A stretch of DNA of 64,000 bases from Tetramitus jugosus. Taxonomy: Eukaryota; Protista; Heterolobosea. Both the position numbers and the translations under genes were made by a program. Of this stretch, positions 43,835-55,331 are shown in pieces. The notes under the pieces are model-generated. The model saw nothing but the letters and a program-made list of their open reading frames with translations, did not search any database and had not been told where the DNA came from. Location of the stretch: assembly GCA_937625935.1 (NCBI GenBank), contig OW569351.1, positions 580,260-644,259 of the forward strand, in the 5' to 3' direction. How positions within the stretch are numbered: position 1 is the stretch's first letter; each line of letters starts with the position of its first letter.

Positions 43835-45560
43835 ACATCTGCTTCTGGTGCTAATGACAATTTCTAAGCATTGTCCTTTGGGACCAAGACTGTATTCAAA
43901 AAAATCATCATTTCATTTCTGAACACGTTTCCTATCTGGTACGTCGTGACAATGATATGACAGTAAGAATATAAAGGTTACAAATAGTCACGAGATGGTA
44001 CGTGGATACGAAGAATGAGAAATCACACAAAAAGTAAAGTTGCATAGCTGTTCAAATTTATTGAGGATGAGTTGGAGGGGATGAAAGTAAGTAGTGGTAA
44101 TTATGACAGTGTGGTTGTTGATGTAGAAGAGGTGGTGTTCTGGTGTTGTGTGAACTGAAGAAGAGAAGCAGTGCATGGATACGAAGAATGAGAAGTGAGA
44201 AGCAATGCTATTGATGATGCGTTGGAGAGGATGAGAGCAGTGATAATTGTACATGTTCTGGGTGTGGTGTTGTGTGAACTGTTGAACAAAGGTGTTCAAC
44301 AAGTTGACAATCGAGAAGTCTCAACTTACCCCAGGCAATTTGATATGAAAAGTGCAGAGGAGACAGCCAAGCAATTATTTGATGACTATAAATTGAAATG
44401 ATTACATCAAACAACGGTTCTTCAACAATTGAAGAAGGAAGATAAAAATTTGATGCAAGGTGAAGTGGGTAAGAAAAAGAGGAAAGCATGTAGTCAGTCT
44501 ATCTCGTCTGCAATGGAGATGGAGTCACCAACGAAAAAGGTTCAAGCTTCATCATTTGTTTCTGGTATCTCGTCAGAGCAGAGATATCTACAATTGGTAG
44601 AAAATGGTACCAAGTTAACAATTAATGATGTAGATTGGATACCGCATTTTGAGAAAAGAATGTTCCAAGAACAACTTGGGAGGTATCGGTTCGGCTGAAA
44701 CTCTTCGAACTCGATTATTTCAACAACTGTTCACACTGATCATCCTGAATTGGATGTGATTCAGTCAGTGGAATCAGCTTTGATAAGAATGGAAGCCAAG
44801 AAAAACGCGGATGAAACAGATAGAATATTAAATGAGCGTTTAGCTCAACTGGATGAAATCGACAGGAGAGAGATTGAACAATATTCACCGGTTTATCCAT
44901 CTCATTCGTCAGATTTTGTTGATATTGAAAACTGAAGAGTGCATGTGTGTTCTTGGTGGAATTGATGAAAGATGTTTATCTTGGAGTTTGAGTTGTGTCA
45001 CTGTATCCATCACTTGTTTGGTTGTTGTTACAAATGTCAGGTGTGAATGTTTCAATGAGGAGGCACTAGTTCAACATTGGGTCACGTTTTTCATCTGGGT
45101 CCTCATGGGTCCGGGAGTTTGGTGGCAAATATAACTGTTCAAAGCAGTTGGTTTCGTATTGATGAGTGTCATGGTCTGAGATGGATGTGAGACCCAGTTA
45201 GGAGTGTCATTGTCCTACAACACTTGATGTGCACAACAGGCCAATAAGGCATATGCAACAGCTCATGAAGCTCTCGTTTTCCGAAATTCAATCATTTTTC
45301 CACAGTACAAAGAGTGATGCATCACCATTGCGTGTTGAACCATTAGAACCATATGTCATTGGTGGTGGTAGTGGTGGTAGTGGTGGTAGTACCAATATGT
45401 CTTTTGGTTCCACCTCTTCCACGACACCGCATCATTTGGAAGCTCGGTCAGTAGTCCAAGTGTTGAGTACAATGCATCTCCTCCAATTTTTAACCCAATA
45501 CTTCCACCTGATGTCGTTCTAGTTTCAAGCACTGGTAGTGCATCATCAGGTATTGAGAAG

Positions 45561-45671
45561 GTGAAGACCCTATCTGATCCAACGGAGCAAGGTGAACTTG
45601 CATTCAAAGAGAACGATATCTTGACCGTGTTGGAAAAGAATCCTGATTGTTGGTGGTTTGGTGTTCTGTGA
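45561..45671 (+). pseudogene. SH3-domain fragment
   Basis: Hand translation VKTLSDPTEQGELAFKENDILTVLEKNPDCWWFGVL* (ELxF..GD.I.V...WW.G consensus, with deletions). Confidence 0.7.
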
Positions 45672-46255
45672 CTTTTTCCCATCAAACTTTGTTGAGTCAT
45701 CGACCAGTGTTGACCCGCGAACCCTGCTCTGATGTCATTCCTCTACCGAAACAACTACTGCCCATCTCAGACAGTACAAAATCATGTACAAAATTGAAAT
45801 TGTACATATTACACAGTGGGAAGTCCAATTTTTCGTAAATACCTCCCAATATCCATTCAATTGGTCATTCTTGTATCAGGTGAAACTCATCACAATGTTT
45901 TCTCTCTAACGACCACTGAGTTGCTGCACGTTGTATTGGTCGGAAAAACAATTGATGCAGAACAACGTGTTGGAAATTGGCGCACTGTACTGTGGGACAA
46001 GCAAAGCACCAAAACACTCAAATCGCCTGATCCAGATGCTGAGAAGCAAGAGGAAAAGCAAGGCGAAAGTTCAGCTCTTCCATCCCGAGGTCATCACCAT
46101 CATCATATGTAATGCAATATAATGTTCTACGGCTCGGTTTGGGGTCTGATTTTGCGCTGCCACGGAAGTTTTATCCGATTGTAACAATTTCGCGAAACCT
46201 TTTGCGATTTTTTGCGGTTGAGACCAACAAACATTCAACAAAAAAACAATCAATA

Positions 46256-47833
46256 ATGGAACAGCAAGACATCATCCAAGTTTTAGCGAACATCGCCAGT
46301 GAACGGGAGAAAACAAAACGAGAACAGGAGAAAACAAAACGAGAAATAGAACAGGAGAAAACAAAACGAGAACAGGAGAAAACAAAACAAATTGATATTG
46401 TAGAACGACAAAAGACCAGGAGAGCAGAACTAGAATTTCAGAGTGACAACAAAAGATACAAGTTGGATTCAACCACTTATGCATCGTATTATAGTAGGAT
46501 CAAACCCTTCGAGACTATCGTCCTTCCTGGGAGCCTTTGGAAACCAAAAACTTTGAACTATGACTTTCCTTCTCAAACCAGCACCAATGAGGTGTTTGTT
46601 CAAGAAACATTTGGGGAAATCTTTAAAGTGCTTGAAGTTGATTCCTCTCTCAAAGTTCATGACACGCACTCCAAAAACTGGCTAAAAGGCGAGGAGGAAC
46701 AGCTATTATCACCGGATTTTGCAATTACTCTGAGAAAATTTGAAATTGACTTGAAGGACAAGAATATCGGTCCATTACTGTCGAAGATTGTGATCGGTGT
46801 AGGTGATGTCAAAGCACCTCATGTCAATATTGAAACAGACACAATGCTTGGACAAATAACCTTCTATATGCGAACGATCCTAGAACTACATCAGACGAGA
46901 AGGTACGCAATCTATGGATTTTTATCCAATTACAATTCGATTATCCTCTTGAGAGCAGATAGAAACATGGATGGGAGAACTATACAAATTACACGAACAA
47001 AATCCCTACTCTTTGCTCCAACTGATGGATCACAGAGCACTATTGGTCTAGATATGTTGTCAGGACTATTGAACATGAAGTCTGACGAGTTAGATTCTAT
47101 AAATGCAATCATCGAACCAAATGAAAGTATGGCCCTTAGAAAATTCTTAGGAGAAGGTTTGACATCTTGTGTTTTTCAGAACCGTGACAACCAAGCAGTG
47201 AAGGTATGTCAAGAAGAAAAATTCTTAGCCTGTTTTGAAAATGAGGCTCGCATCCTCGAACATCTGCATGCTCATCTAGGGGAGTATAGTGCAAATATTC
47301 CCAAAATGATTCATCACTCTCGAGGATACATCACATTGGGGATACTGGCACCACTTGAGGTACTTACGAAGGAAAAAGGCTTGATATTAATTGACCTATT
47401 GAAGAAACTGCACTCGCTTTCTTTTGGTCATAGAGATATAAGACCAGATAATATTTTATTAGACAGTATTGGGCGTCCAGTTTTGATTGACTGGGGTTTT
47501 GCTCACAAATTGAATGAAGAATGTGTGTTTGCGGGAACTATTACCTTTTGTGCGAATGACTACCTGAGAGAGAAGCAAAATCGAACGATCAGTTTACGAG
47601 AGTACAAGGCTGTGTATGATTGTGAATCACTATTGAAAACATTCTGTTTTTTAAAAGATGATGACAAGTCTGTCTATCAATTTACTGGAACTGATGAAGA
47701 ACGATTCCGGCAATCCTACAACTTCTGGCATGACTATGACAGGTACAATTTTCAGGAGATTGCGACCAAATTGAAGTCGAGTGATATGTATGATGCTCTT
47801 ACTTCATTCTTCGATGAAGGACATTCACAATGA
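46256..47833 (+). CDS. Crinkler-like effector: coiled-coil repeat + PD-(D/E)xK restriction-endonuclease fold + FunK1-like kinase
   Basis: EQEKTKR repeats; NEVFVQ...SPDFAI...VGDVK...LGQITFY; kinase FLGEGLTSCVF, AVKV, ENE, HRDIRPDNIL, LIDWGFA. Confidence 0.8.
   Translation: MEQQDIIQVLANIASEREKTKREQEKTKREIEQEKTKREQEKTKQIDIVERQKTRRAELEFQSDNKRYKLDSTTYASYYSRIKPFETIVLPGSLWKPKTLNYDFPSQTSTNEVFVQETFGEIFKVLEVDSSLKVHDTHSKNWLKGEEEQLLSPDFAITLRKFEIDLKDKNIGPLLSKIVIGVGDVKAPHVNIETDTMLGQITFYMRTILELHQTRRYAIYGFLSNYNSIILLRADRNMDGRTIQITRTKSLLFAPTDGSQSTIGLDMLSGLLNMKSDELDSINAIIEPNESMALRKFLGEGLTSCVFQNRDNQAVKVCQEEKFLACFENEARILEHLHAHLGEYSANIPKMIHHSRGYITLGILAPLEVLTKEKGLILIDLLKKLHSLSFGHRDIRPDNILLDSIGRPVLIDWGFAHKLNEECVFAGTITFCANDYLREKQNRTISLREYKAVYDCESLLKTFCFLKDDDKSVYQFTGTDEERFRQSYNFWHDYDRYNFQEIATKLKSSDMYDALTSFFDEGHSQ
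46301..46390 (+). repeat. Coding 21-bp tandem repeat GAACAGGAGAAAACAAAACGA x4
   Basis: Read directly; encodes (EQEKTKR)n. Confidence 0.9.
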
Positions 47834-49929
47834 ACCTTGTAGTTGTTTATGCGAAATGAACAAGATAAGAGTTGCTAGGTGAATGAAGACTCTCTCCGGG
47901 ACTACCATCAGTGAGGTGCGTCAGTGTGTCATGTGTCATTTTGTAAAATTTTTGTTGCCATCGTCTTCAAAACACTCTTCTTGGCAATGCTTGGTCAATT
48001 CTGTTGTTTCTGGCTGCTCGGCCTTGTCTTCCAAAGAGCACAATAGCATATAGTGTGCAACCACAATCACAACATTAAATGACTCATTCTTCAGATACTC
48101 TAAAGAGACTGGTCCTGATTCTACTTGTGCTATCAAGGATAAGAATATTGCTTGTTGGGGAGGCTTGATGTACATTTCACCTACTTCTATTCCAGGAGGT
48201 AATGCAAACTTTACTCAAATTGTTTCTGGTGGAGGAGCGAGTGCTGGTGGAAGTTACATGCTTGACACTTGGATTTTGGCCGAAGGATTTGTTGGCGCAA
48301 AGATCGGAAGTTAGACATTCCATCAAACACCGCTCAGGGCTAAACTCTGTCATTGGGCCTCTTCTACAGGTAGTGCCTACGATGATCCGTTTGTTGTGAA
48401 AAATTCAATGCTCTCGACATCCGTAGTCGATGATGGTATAATCGAAAGGATGCAAAGATCTTTGAACTAAACAATAAGTGACTAATTCAGCTGATATTGA
48501 TATGACTCGGGTTGTCTTCTTTCGCAGTCATCATTCACCATTGATTCATCGTGCTGAGATGAACGAGTCAAGTCAGTAGATGGAACCTCTGTCTCTTTGG
48601 CAGAGGACGCGTTGGATGCGGATCTCAGTGTCACCATCAGATGTAGATGGAGGGTTATGAGTCACAGTAGTTGGAACCTCAACTACCCCTCTGTTCACTG
48701 TTGATTCATCTTGCTGAGATGAACAAATTAACTGGGTTTCAGCTTGAGGTGGATTTGGTTTAACAAAGGTGCCTCTTTCCATGATTCCTACCATACGTGT
48801 TAATTGATGGTTTGACATCAAGGAAAAAGAATATTTACAACAATACATCCTGTATCCACAGACGCATCCATGGCCAACACAATGGCCAACTCGTCTTTGC
48901 TAAAACCATGAACAATATATTGCCTGGTTTCAACTGACTTGACAATGAAAACATCTTTACTGGGAAATTATTATTATAATTGATGTAGAATAGAAGTATC
49001 TATCAACAATAATCGCACCTCCACGGGTTGAACCAAAGAGAGAAATCAGTTCTTCATTCCCGTTACCACCAATCACACGAACAATTGAACGGTCAGGGAA
49101 GGAAAAGCAGAGCAAGAAAATATCTGATGTTGAGCCTGAACTATCCTTGTTTTGAAATGCGATGTTTGAAAATATGCTTAATTCTGATTGGTGACTTGAA
49201 ATTTCCTGCACGGAAAAATTGCCCAAACTCACCCACCAACCTGAAACCATAAAGATACTGAAAAGAAGGAGTAATAGTTCAAATGGAGATCACTTGTCTG
49301 AAGAGATGGAACAAAGTGGATTCACAACACACACATCATTTGTGTTCGATGGACCCTTGTTCTTCAACAAAGAAGCAGCTCCCACATTCAATGAACCAGA
49401 GTTAAATTCTCCCAGAACAATCACCTCTCTCTTTACTTGGTGAAGCAACAATTGCTTCACATTTTCATTTAAATCTCCACTCAAGTGAGTGGAAGTGATA
49501 TTTGGGCCATACTGAGCTCGAATACAACTCACAGGGTGATCCTAATTTGTGGAATGGAATTCTATGGAATCACAGCTAACAACACGAACCAACACAATAA
49601 ATAGACAAGTTTCATGATGCTACGGTGATTGTTAAATTTTGTTATTTTCTTCTTGTTTCCAAACCCAAGCCCAAATGAACCGAGAGGTTTTGGATGAATT
49701 CGGAACTTTTGGTACATACAAAGAGTGTTATGCAGCAAAACCTCCTGACAAGGGCACGTAATAAAATCGATAAACGCTCCCTTTAGGTGCCATTGTTCTC
49801 ATTGTCGAACCAAACATGATCTACACGAACCTTCAATTGTAACATTTCTGCACTTTCCTGGTAGATTGCAAAAAGAACCACAAAAACCTTCCCGGCACTG
49901 GATATCCCATTTGTGCATTTCAAGAAGAA

Positions 49930-51675
49930 GTGAACAACTCTTCTCACGTATTCATCAGTGCCAATGCACTTTTTGTTGTAATGAGTTACTTTATTAGTGT
50001 TTTGGGCTCATTTACCGCCTTCCAAAGGAATTTGATCCATGAAACAAGGTATGCCGTCTCAAGGATCAAGAGACTGATATTCGTCATTTGTGCCTCCATC
50101 TCCATGAGTCTGTGTGCTATTTGGTCCATGCACTTTGTGGGTACTGTCTGTTTCAGCCATCGAAACAATGGGCAACGATTGAACATTACTTATAACGTTG
50201 CACTTACTGTCACGAGTGCCATTGTGCCATTTGTGGCCTGTTTTTTTGGATTCATCTGCACTACGATTCAATTATTCGTTCCAAAGTTTCGAATGTTGGC
50301 ATGGTTTCCATTCTCCTTGTGTTGGCCTGAGAATTCCTCTCATGACTCCGCAATCATAGAGAATATAGAGGAGCGTATGCGAAGAAAAAAGGAAGGCCGA
50401 CTCCGTAGACTAAAAAGATTTATGATTGCCAGTGTGATTGGTGATGAGTTCAGACCACATATTGCTCAGATTTTAATTGGAGCCCTGTTCGCAGCTGCCG
50501 GTATTTGTACGATGCATTACATTGGAATGCTTGCTACTCAAATTGAAGGCACAGTTCGAGTGTGGCATCCTGGTGTTATTGTTGCATCAGTTATCATTGC
50601 TTACTTGGCGTCCTGTGCAGCTCTGTGGATCGCTTTTGCTGTGAGAAAAGAGTATCAGCAAATTCTGAGTTCATTGGTTGCTGGTGTGGCTGTTTCTGGA
50701 ATGCACTACACTGGAATGGCTTCCGTCACTTACCATCATGTGGCTATAAAGAAGGGTAAACCTGGAGTTAGCATGTCTAACTATGATATGACGATGGTAG
50801 TTTCGATGCTTACATCTGCTACTTGCTTCCTCATGCTTATCATTGCATCATTCTCCAGTAGGAAACGATCTGGTGACTTGCGCAAATCAATGATGCAAAT
50901 AGAACAAGAGAAGAGAAAGGTACAATCCTCGGTAGATCAATTGAATGATATGTTCAGTCGAATGGCATCAGAGGAGCACTTAACTCGTCGTATTCTCAAT
51001 CTCATATCAGATGGAGTATGTGTAATTAACAGAAGAGGTCAAATCATGAAGGCGAATCAAGTGTTCGATCGTATCTGTGCTATCACAGATTCTGACTCTC
51101 GGGGAGAAGTTCAGCAGTATCTAGTGGGCGTGATGGACGTGGAGAGAGTTTTTCAAAGGCGAGCAAGATCAATCTCAAGTTACTATACGTCACCCATTCT
51201 CACAGTCTGAAAAGAAATTGCAAATAAGGAGTACTGTGGCAAATGATGATGGTCAGTACTGCATTCTCGTTTTCTAGGAGAACTCAGAAAAAGATTCATC
51301 CAACCAACAACCATTCTCCTCTGTGGAAGCAGATTATAACCGAGTATCACTGCTCGACCAAAGTTTGATGGATCCAGAATTTCTCTCTCGTTTCAAATCC
51401 TTTTGTGAATTGGAGATGTGTGGCGAAAATAATAGGTTCGCCAAAAGTACAAGAAGTGCCCGAATGTCTTGGATCGGATCGAAATTCAACGAGAAATCCT
51501 GAGTAATTTCGTGGAGCCAGGCTCTAAGAAACAGTTGAACTTGCCACTCAACATCCTCAGTCAATCATCCAGTCAAATAGAGCAGGCATACGGACAACTG
51601 GACTTGTTTGATTCCTTGGAGAAGCAAGTCAAAGTTATTCTTTCTGACAGTTACTTCCGGTTTACAAAATTGTGA
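49930..51675 (+). pseudogene. MHYT membrane sensor - PAS - RGS protein, frameshifted in the 3' part
   Basis: MHFVG, MHYIG, MHYTG motifs in TM region; PAS-like ILNLISDGVCVINRRGQIMKAN; RGS-like FKSFCELEMCGEN and FVEPGSKKQLNL...DSYFRF in shifted frames. Confidence 0.8.
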
Positions 51676-51741
51676 GAGCAACCATTTTTCATAAAGATAT
51701 TGTTTGTTCCTGTACATGAAATTGTTGCTTCTTGAATGCTT

Positions 51742-53488
51742 TCAATATTCGTTGAGTGAGTAGATTCCATTCAAACATTTAAAAAGATTTGGTTTGTAGC
51801 AAGCATTTCCACAAGTTTGTTGTCCTAATGGACAGAGCTGTTCATCAATACACGAGTAGATTTGGGATGAATAGCATGCAGTTCCACATCTGAGCTGGTT
51901 GACAGGACAGAGGAAATTTCCACTCAAACATGTATGAATAGATGGATTGTAGCAAGACGGTCCACATGATAAGGTCCCTGATGGACAGAGAACTCCCTGA
52001 CTAGTGCAAGCGTACACCGAAGTGCTGTAGCATATTCCATTTCCATTTGCTAAATTGCAGCAGTTATTGTTAGGAGCTATGCACAATGGACATCTATTGC
52101 TCGGTAAATTTCAACACAAAATTATTAGTTGCAGCAGCAGTCAAAATGACGAAATTAAGTGTTCCAAAATTGAGTTGACCTCTGAGACCTCCCCCAACAA
52201 CTATGGCGCCAGCTGTGTCCAGATTAAGAGAAATACCATAACTCAGACCACCAAGATCTGGACTATCACCGTTCACAATAAAATCTACACCACCCGAGGG
52301 ATTAAACCTAACCACCATTACCACGAAAAGTCCTGAACCAACATAGTGATAAATAAAGCTGCCAAATTGGAATGTTCCTCCACTTGCTGCAGATGAATCT
52401 ATCAGTGCTGTCATGTAGCATGTGCCCGCACTATTACAATCAATATCAGTACTTACTTGGACACTGACGCCTTGGGATGTAGTCATAAACAAGGGGGTGC
52501 CTGCTGAATTAAGCTTTGAAAAATAGTATGAAAATCCAGTTGCAGATGTGGCCACGAAAGGATAGAGAATTCTGAAAACTTCCAGATATGTAGCAGTTTC
52601 CAGCAGTATCAATATGAACTCCTCCTCCTCTGACTAAATTGGTGGAGCTAATTAATCTTAAATACTGAGGGACTTGAGCCGAATTGTATTTTACAACAAA
52701 AGCAGAAACTGTTCCAGATGAAACGATGGTAGGCAATGCATCAACTTTCAAACTTCTTCTGAATGTACCAACACATGATTCTCCATTTGTATTGGTATCA
52801 ATATTCACATCTGACAAGAATGTAGTACTATCATCCGAAGAAGTTCCAGACAAAAAGCCAAGTGTAGACGTAAACTTGTAGAGGTAGAATGCTGATAAGC
52901 TAGCAGTCAAAGTGGTAGTATCCACTCCAAAACTGACTGAATCAGCGAACGGTCCAGCAGCATAGATAGTATTCAATGAATCAATGCTGAGCTTTGGTGG
53001 AGATGCAGTTCCAATTCTCTTAGATACAGGTACTCCACTGGGATTAAGCTTAACTAAAAAGGTTGAACCCCCAGTCAATGGACCAACTGTATTTGGATCA
53101 TAGGAGAAAATAGCGCTACCAGTGATAAATCCTGAGATAAATACATTTTGATTGTTATCAACAACAACTGATGATCCAATTACATTATCATCTGGGGCCG
53201 CTGTGATATACAGAGTCCACAAAAAGGCTCCAGCAGAACTAATTTTAACCACATACACACCAAAATGACCTCCGGAGAGAGGAGGTGATGCAGATCCAAA
53301 GTTGATAGAACTAGTATAGTGGCCAATGATATTATATATTTCCTGAACGATCCACAGTTTGATCGTCTTGAGTAGCAGGAATTTCAAAGTTTGGTAAGTT
53401 ACCTGTGATGGTAACTCGAGGGATATGGTGCACTACTAACACACCAAATAATAATAATCAAATAGAATGCAATGAAAATTGATTTCAT
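51742..53488 (-). pseudogene. Secreted SBBP-type beta-propeller protein with C-terminal Cys-rich (CBM52-like) repeats, multiply frameshifted
   Basis: Signal peptide MKSIFIAFYLIIIWCVSS from 53488; repeats VDNNQNVFISGF...FLVKLNPSG; C-term CGTACYSSQIYSC..LCP repeats; split over three or more ORFs. Confidence 0.7.
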
Positions 53489-53712
53489 TTTGTTTGTTGG
53501 GATGTTGCTAGTAAATGAAAAAAGTATACTGTCAGCACCTATCTACATGGTGTTACGTGAATACAATTTTTGTAACTTGGATGACCTAAAAAGGTTGTTT
53601 GGGTGCTAAAACAAGATTACCTTGATTTATTCTCTGTGTATGTCTGGCCTGGATCATTGGCAAGTAATTGACCAAAGACTGTTCATGATTGTCCACCGAT
53701 AGAATGTTTATT

Positions 53713-55293
53713 TTATCCCACCATTTCGATACCCTTCTCCAAGTCAACTTTCTTTACTGGCTTCTTCTTCTTGTTCTTGACCACACACAAACCCATTAAT
53801 GCAACAGTGACAGCAACACAACAGCTTAGTGCAAGACAGCCACCAACACCACCAACTACTCCACCGATGATGGCACTTTTTTTGCGGACCGAATTCTCTG
53901 TAGTTGGTAAGTCAAAAGACACGGTTACAGTGTACTCTGATGATTGATATGGACCATTGCTCACCCATGCAATAAAGCTTGGATTTTCTTGACTTCCATC
54001 ATGTACAAACTGTATTTCACCCTTGTCAATCTGCAGGTGAGTAAATTGAGTGATAACGATATTGAGATCACTCGTCAACACAAATCTTCCATGCTGCACT
54101 TGACTGACCATATAGACCAACTCACCAGGTGATGTGTCTCCATAACTGGCTTGGAAATGTGAGGAACCAAGCACTACCTTTTTTCCTGGTTTTACCGATA
54201 GCTGAAGAGTAACCAACCACGGCACTATGCGAAAATAAATGGTAGCTTCTTGTGGCGTTGTGCTCAAATAGCCATTGCTCACACTCACTTGATAGCTTGG
54301 TGCATTAAAACTACCTCATGTACCAACTGTATCTCTCCTACAATCACTTCTTGCTGAGTAAAGTTGGATATAGCAATGCCAGGTTGTGCAACTCGTTCAA
54401 ACTGACAATAGTCAACATTATTGACCATGAATAACAAGGTGTTGTTATCTATCATGTTATCTGAAGCATTCAATAAAGTGCTGTTCAGTACAATTGTTTC
54501 ACCCTGATACACAGTTAAAGATTGTTGGTTGAGTGTGGAACCTGGATGCCATACTCCACCAAACATCTGACCATAAAGGCCAGTAGCACTTTGCCAACTG
54601 ATGACAAAATTACCATCTTTTAGACCAGTGATGACAGGAAATTGCTGATTGCCAGTAGTATTCGTATTCACTTGAAGTTCTCTGCCCAGTTTGCTACCAC
54701 TTCGTTGAGCATAAATACCCAAACCATCGCCATCTTGCTTGTTACTCTGCCAAGTGACTACAAAGCCACCATCAGCCACACTTGCAACATTTGGATTCGT
54801 TTGAGCGTCAATGGTAAAAATTTTGACCTGAAATTCGCTTCCTTGTGCGACACCGGATGCAGTATATCGCTGCCCAAAGATACCATCACCATCTCCATCA
54901 TGGATATTACTTTGCCACACAATCACAAATCCACCACCGCTAAGACCAGCAACAACAGGAGAAATTTGATTGCCAGTTGTTCTAGTATTGACCCGAAATT
55001 CACCACCTTGTTCTTGGGCTATTTCATTGAAACGCTTGGCATATATTCCATTTCCATCGCCATCTTGACCAGCACTCTGCCAAACAGCAACATAGCCTCC
55101 ATCACTTAGACTGCAAATGTCTGCATTGGTCTGGTCACCAGCAGTGTAAGTATTAACAGGAATATCTTCCATCAAAGCTACACCACCATTGTCCATCCAG
55201 TGGCTCGCATATATACCATAACCATCTCCATCGTGAATAGTCGTTTCCCAGACAAATAGAAACCGATTGTTGGTCAAACTACCGGCCACGGCT
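53713..55293 (-). pseudogene. Surface protein: bacterial-type VNTYTxGDQ/QDGDGxGIY repeats + cadherin-like CSPG repeats + TM anchor; 5' truncated and frameshifted
   Basis: Four repeats of VNT.T.G.Q..P.VA.L.DGGFV..WQS..DGDG.GIY.QR; two LTV..G...L....L.ASD...FTQ..I..G.I.FVHDGS units; TM IIGGVVGGVGG followed by a basic tail. Confidence 0.75.
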
Positions 55294-55331
55294 GTTTTTC
55301 TCTTGTTGCCACTACTATTCAAACTCACCCT

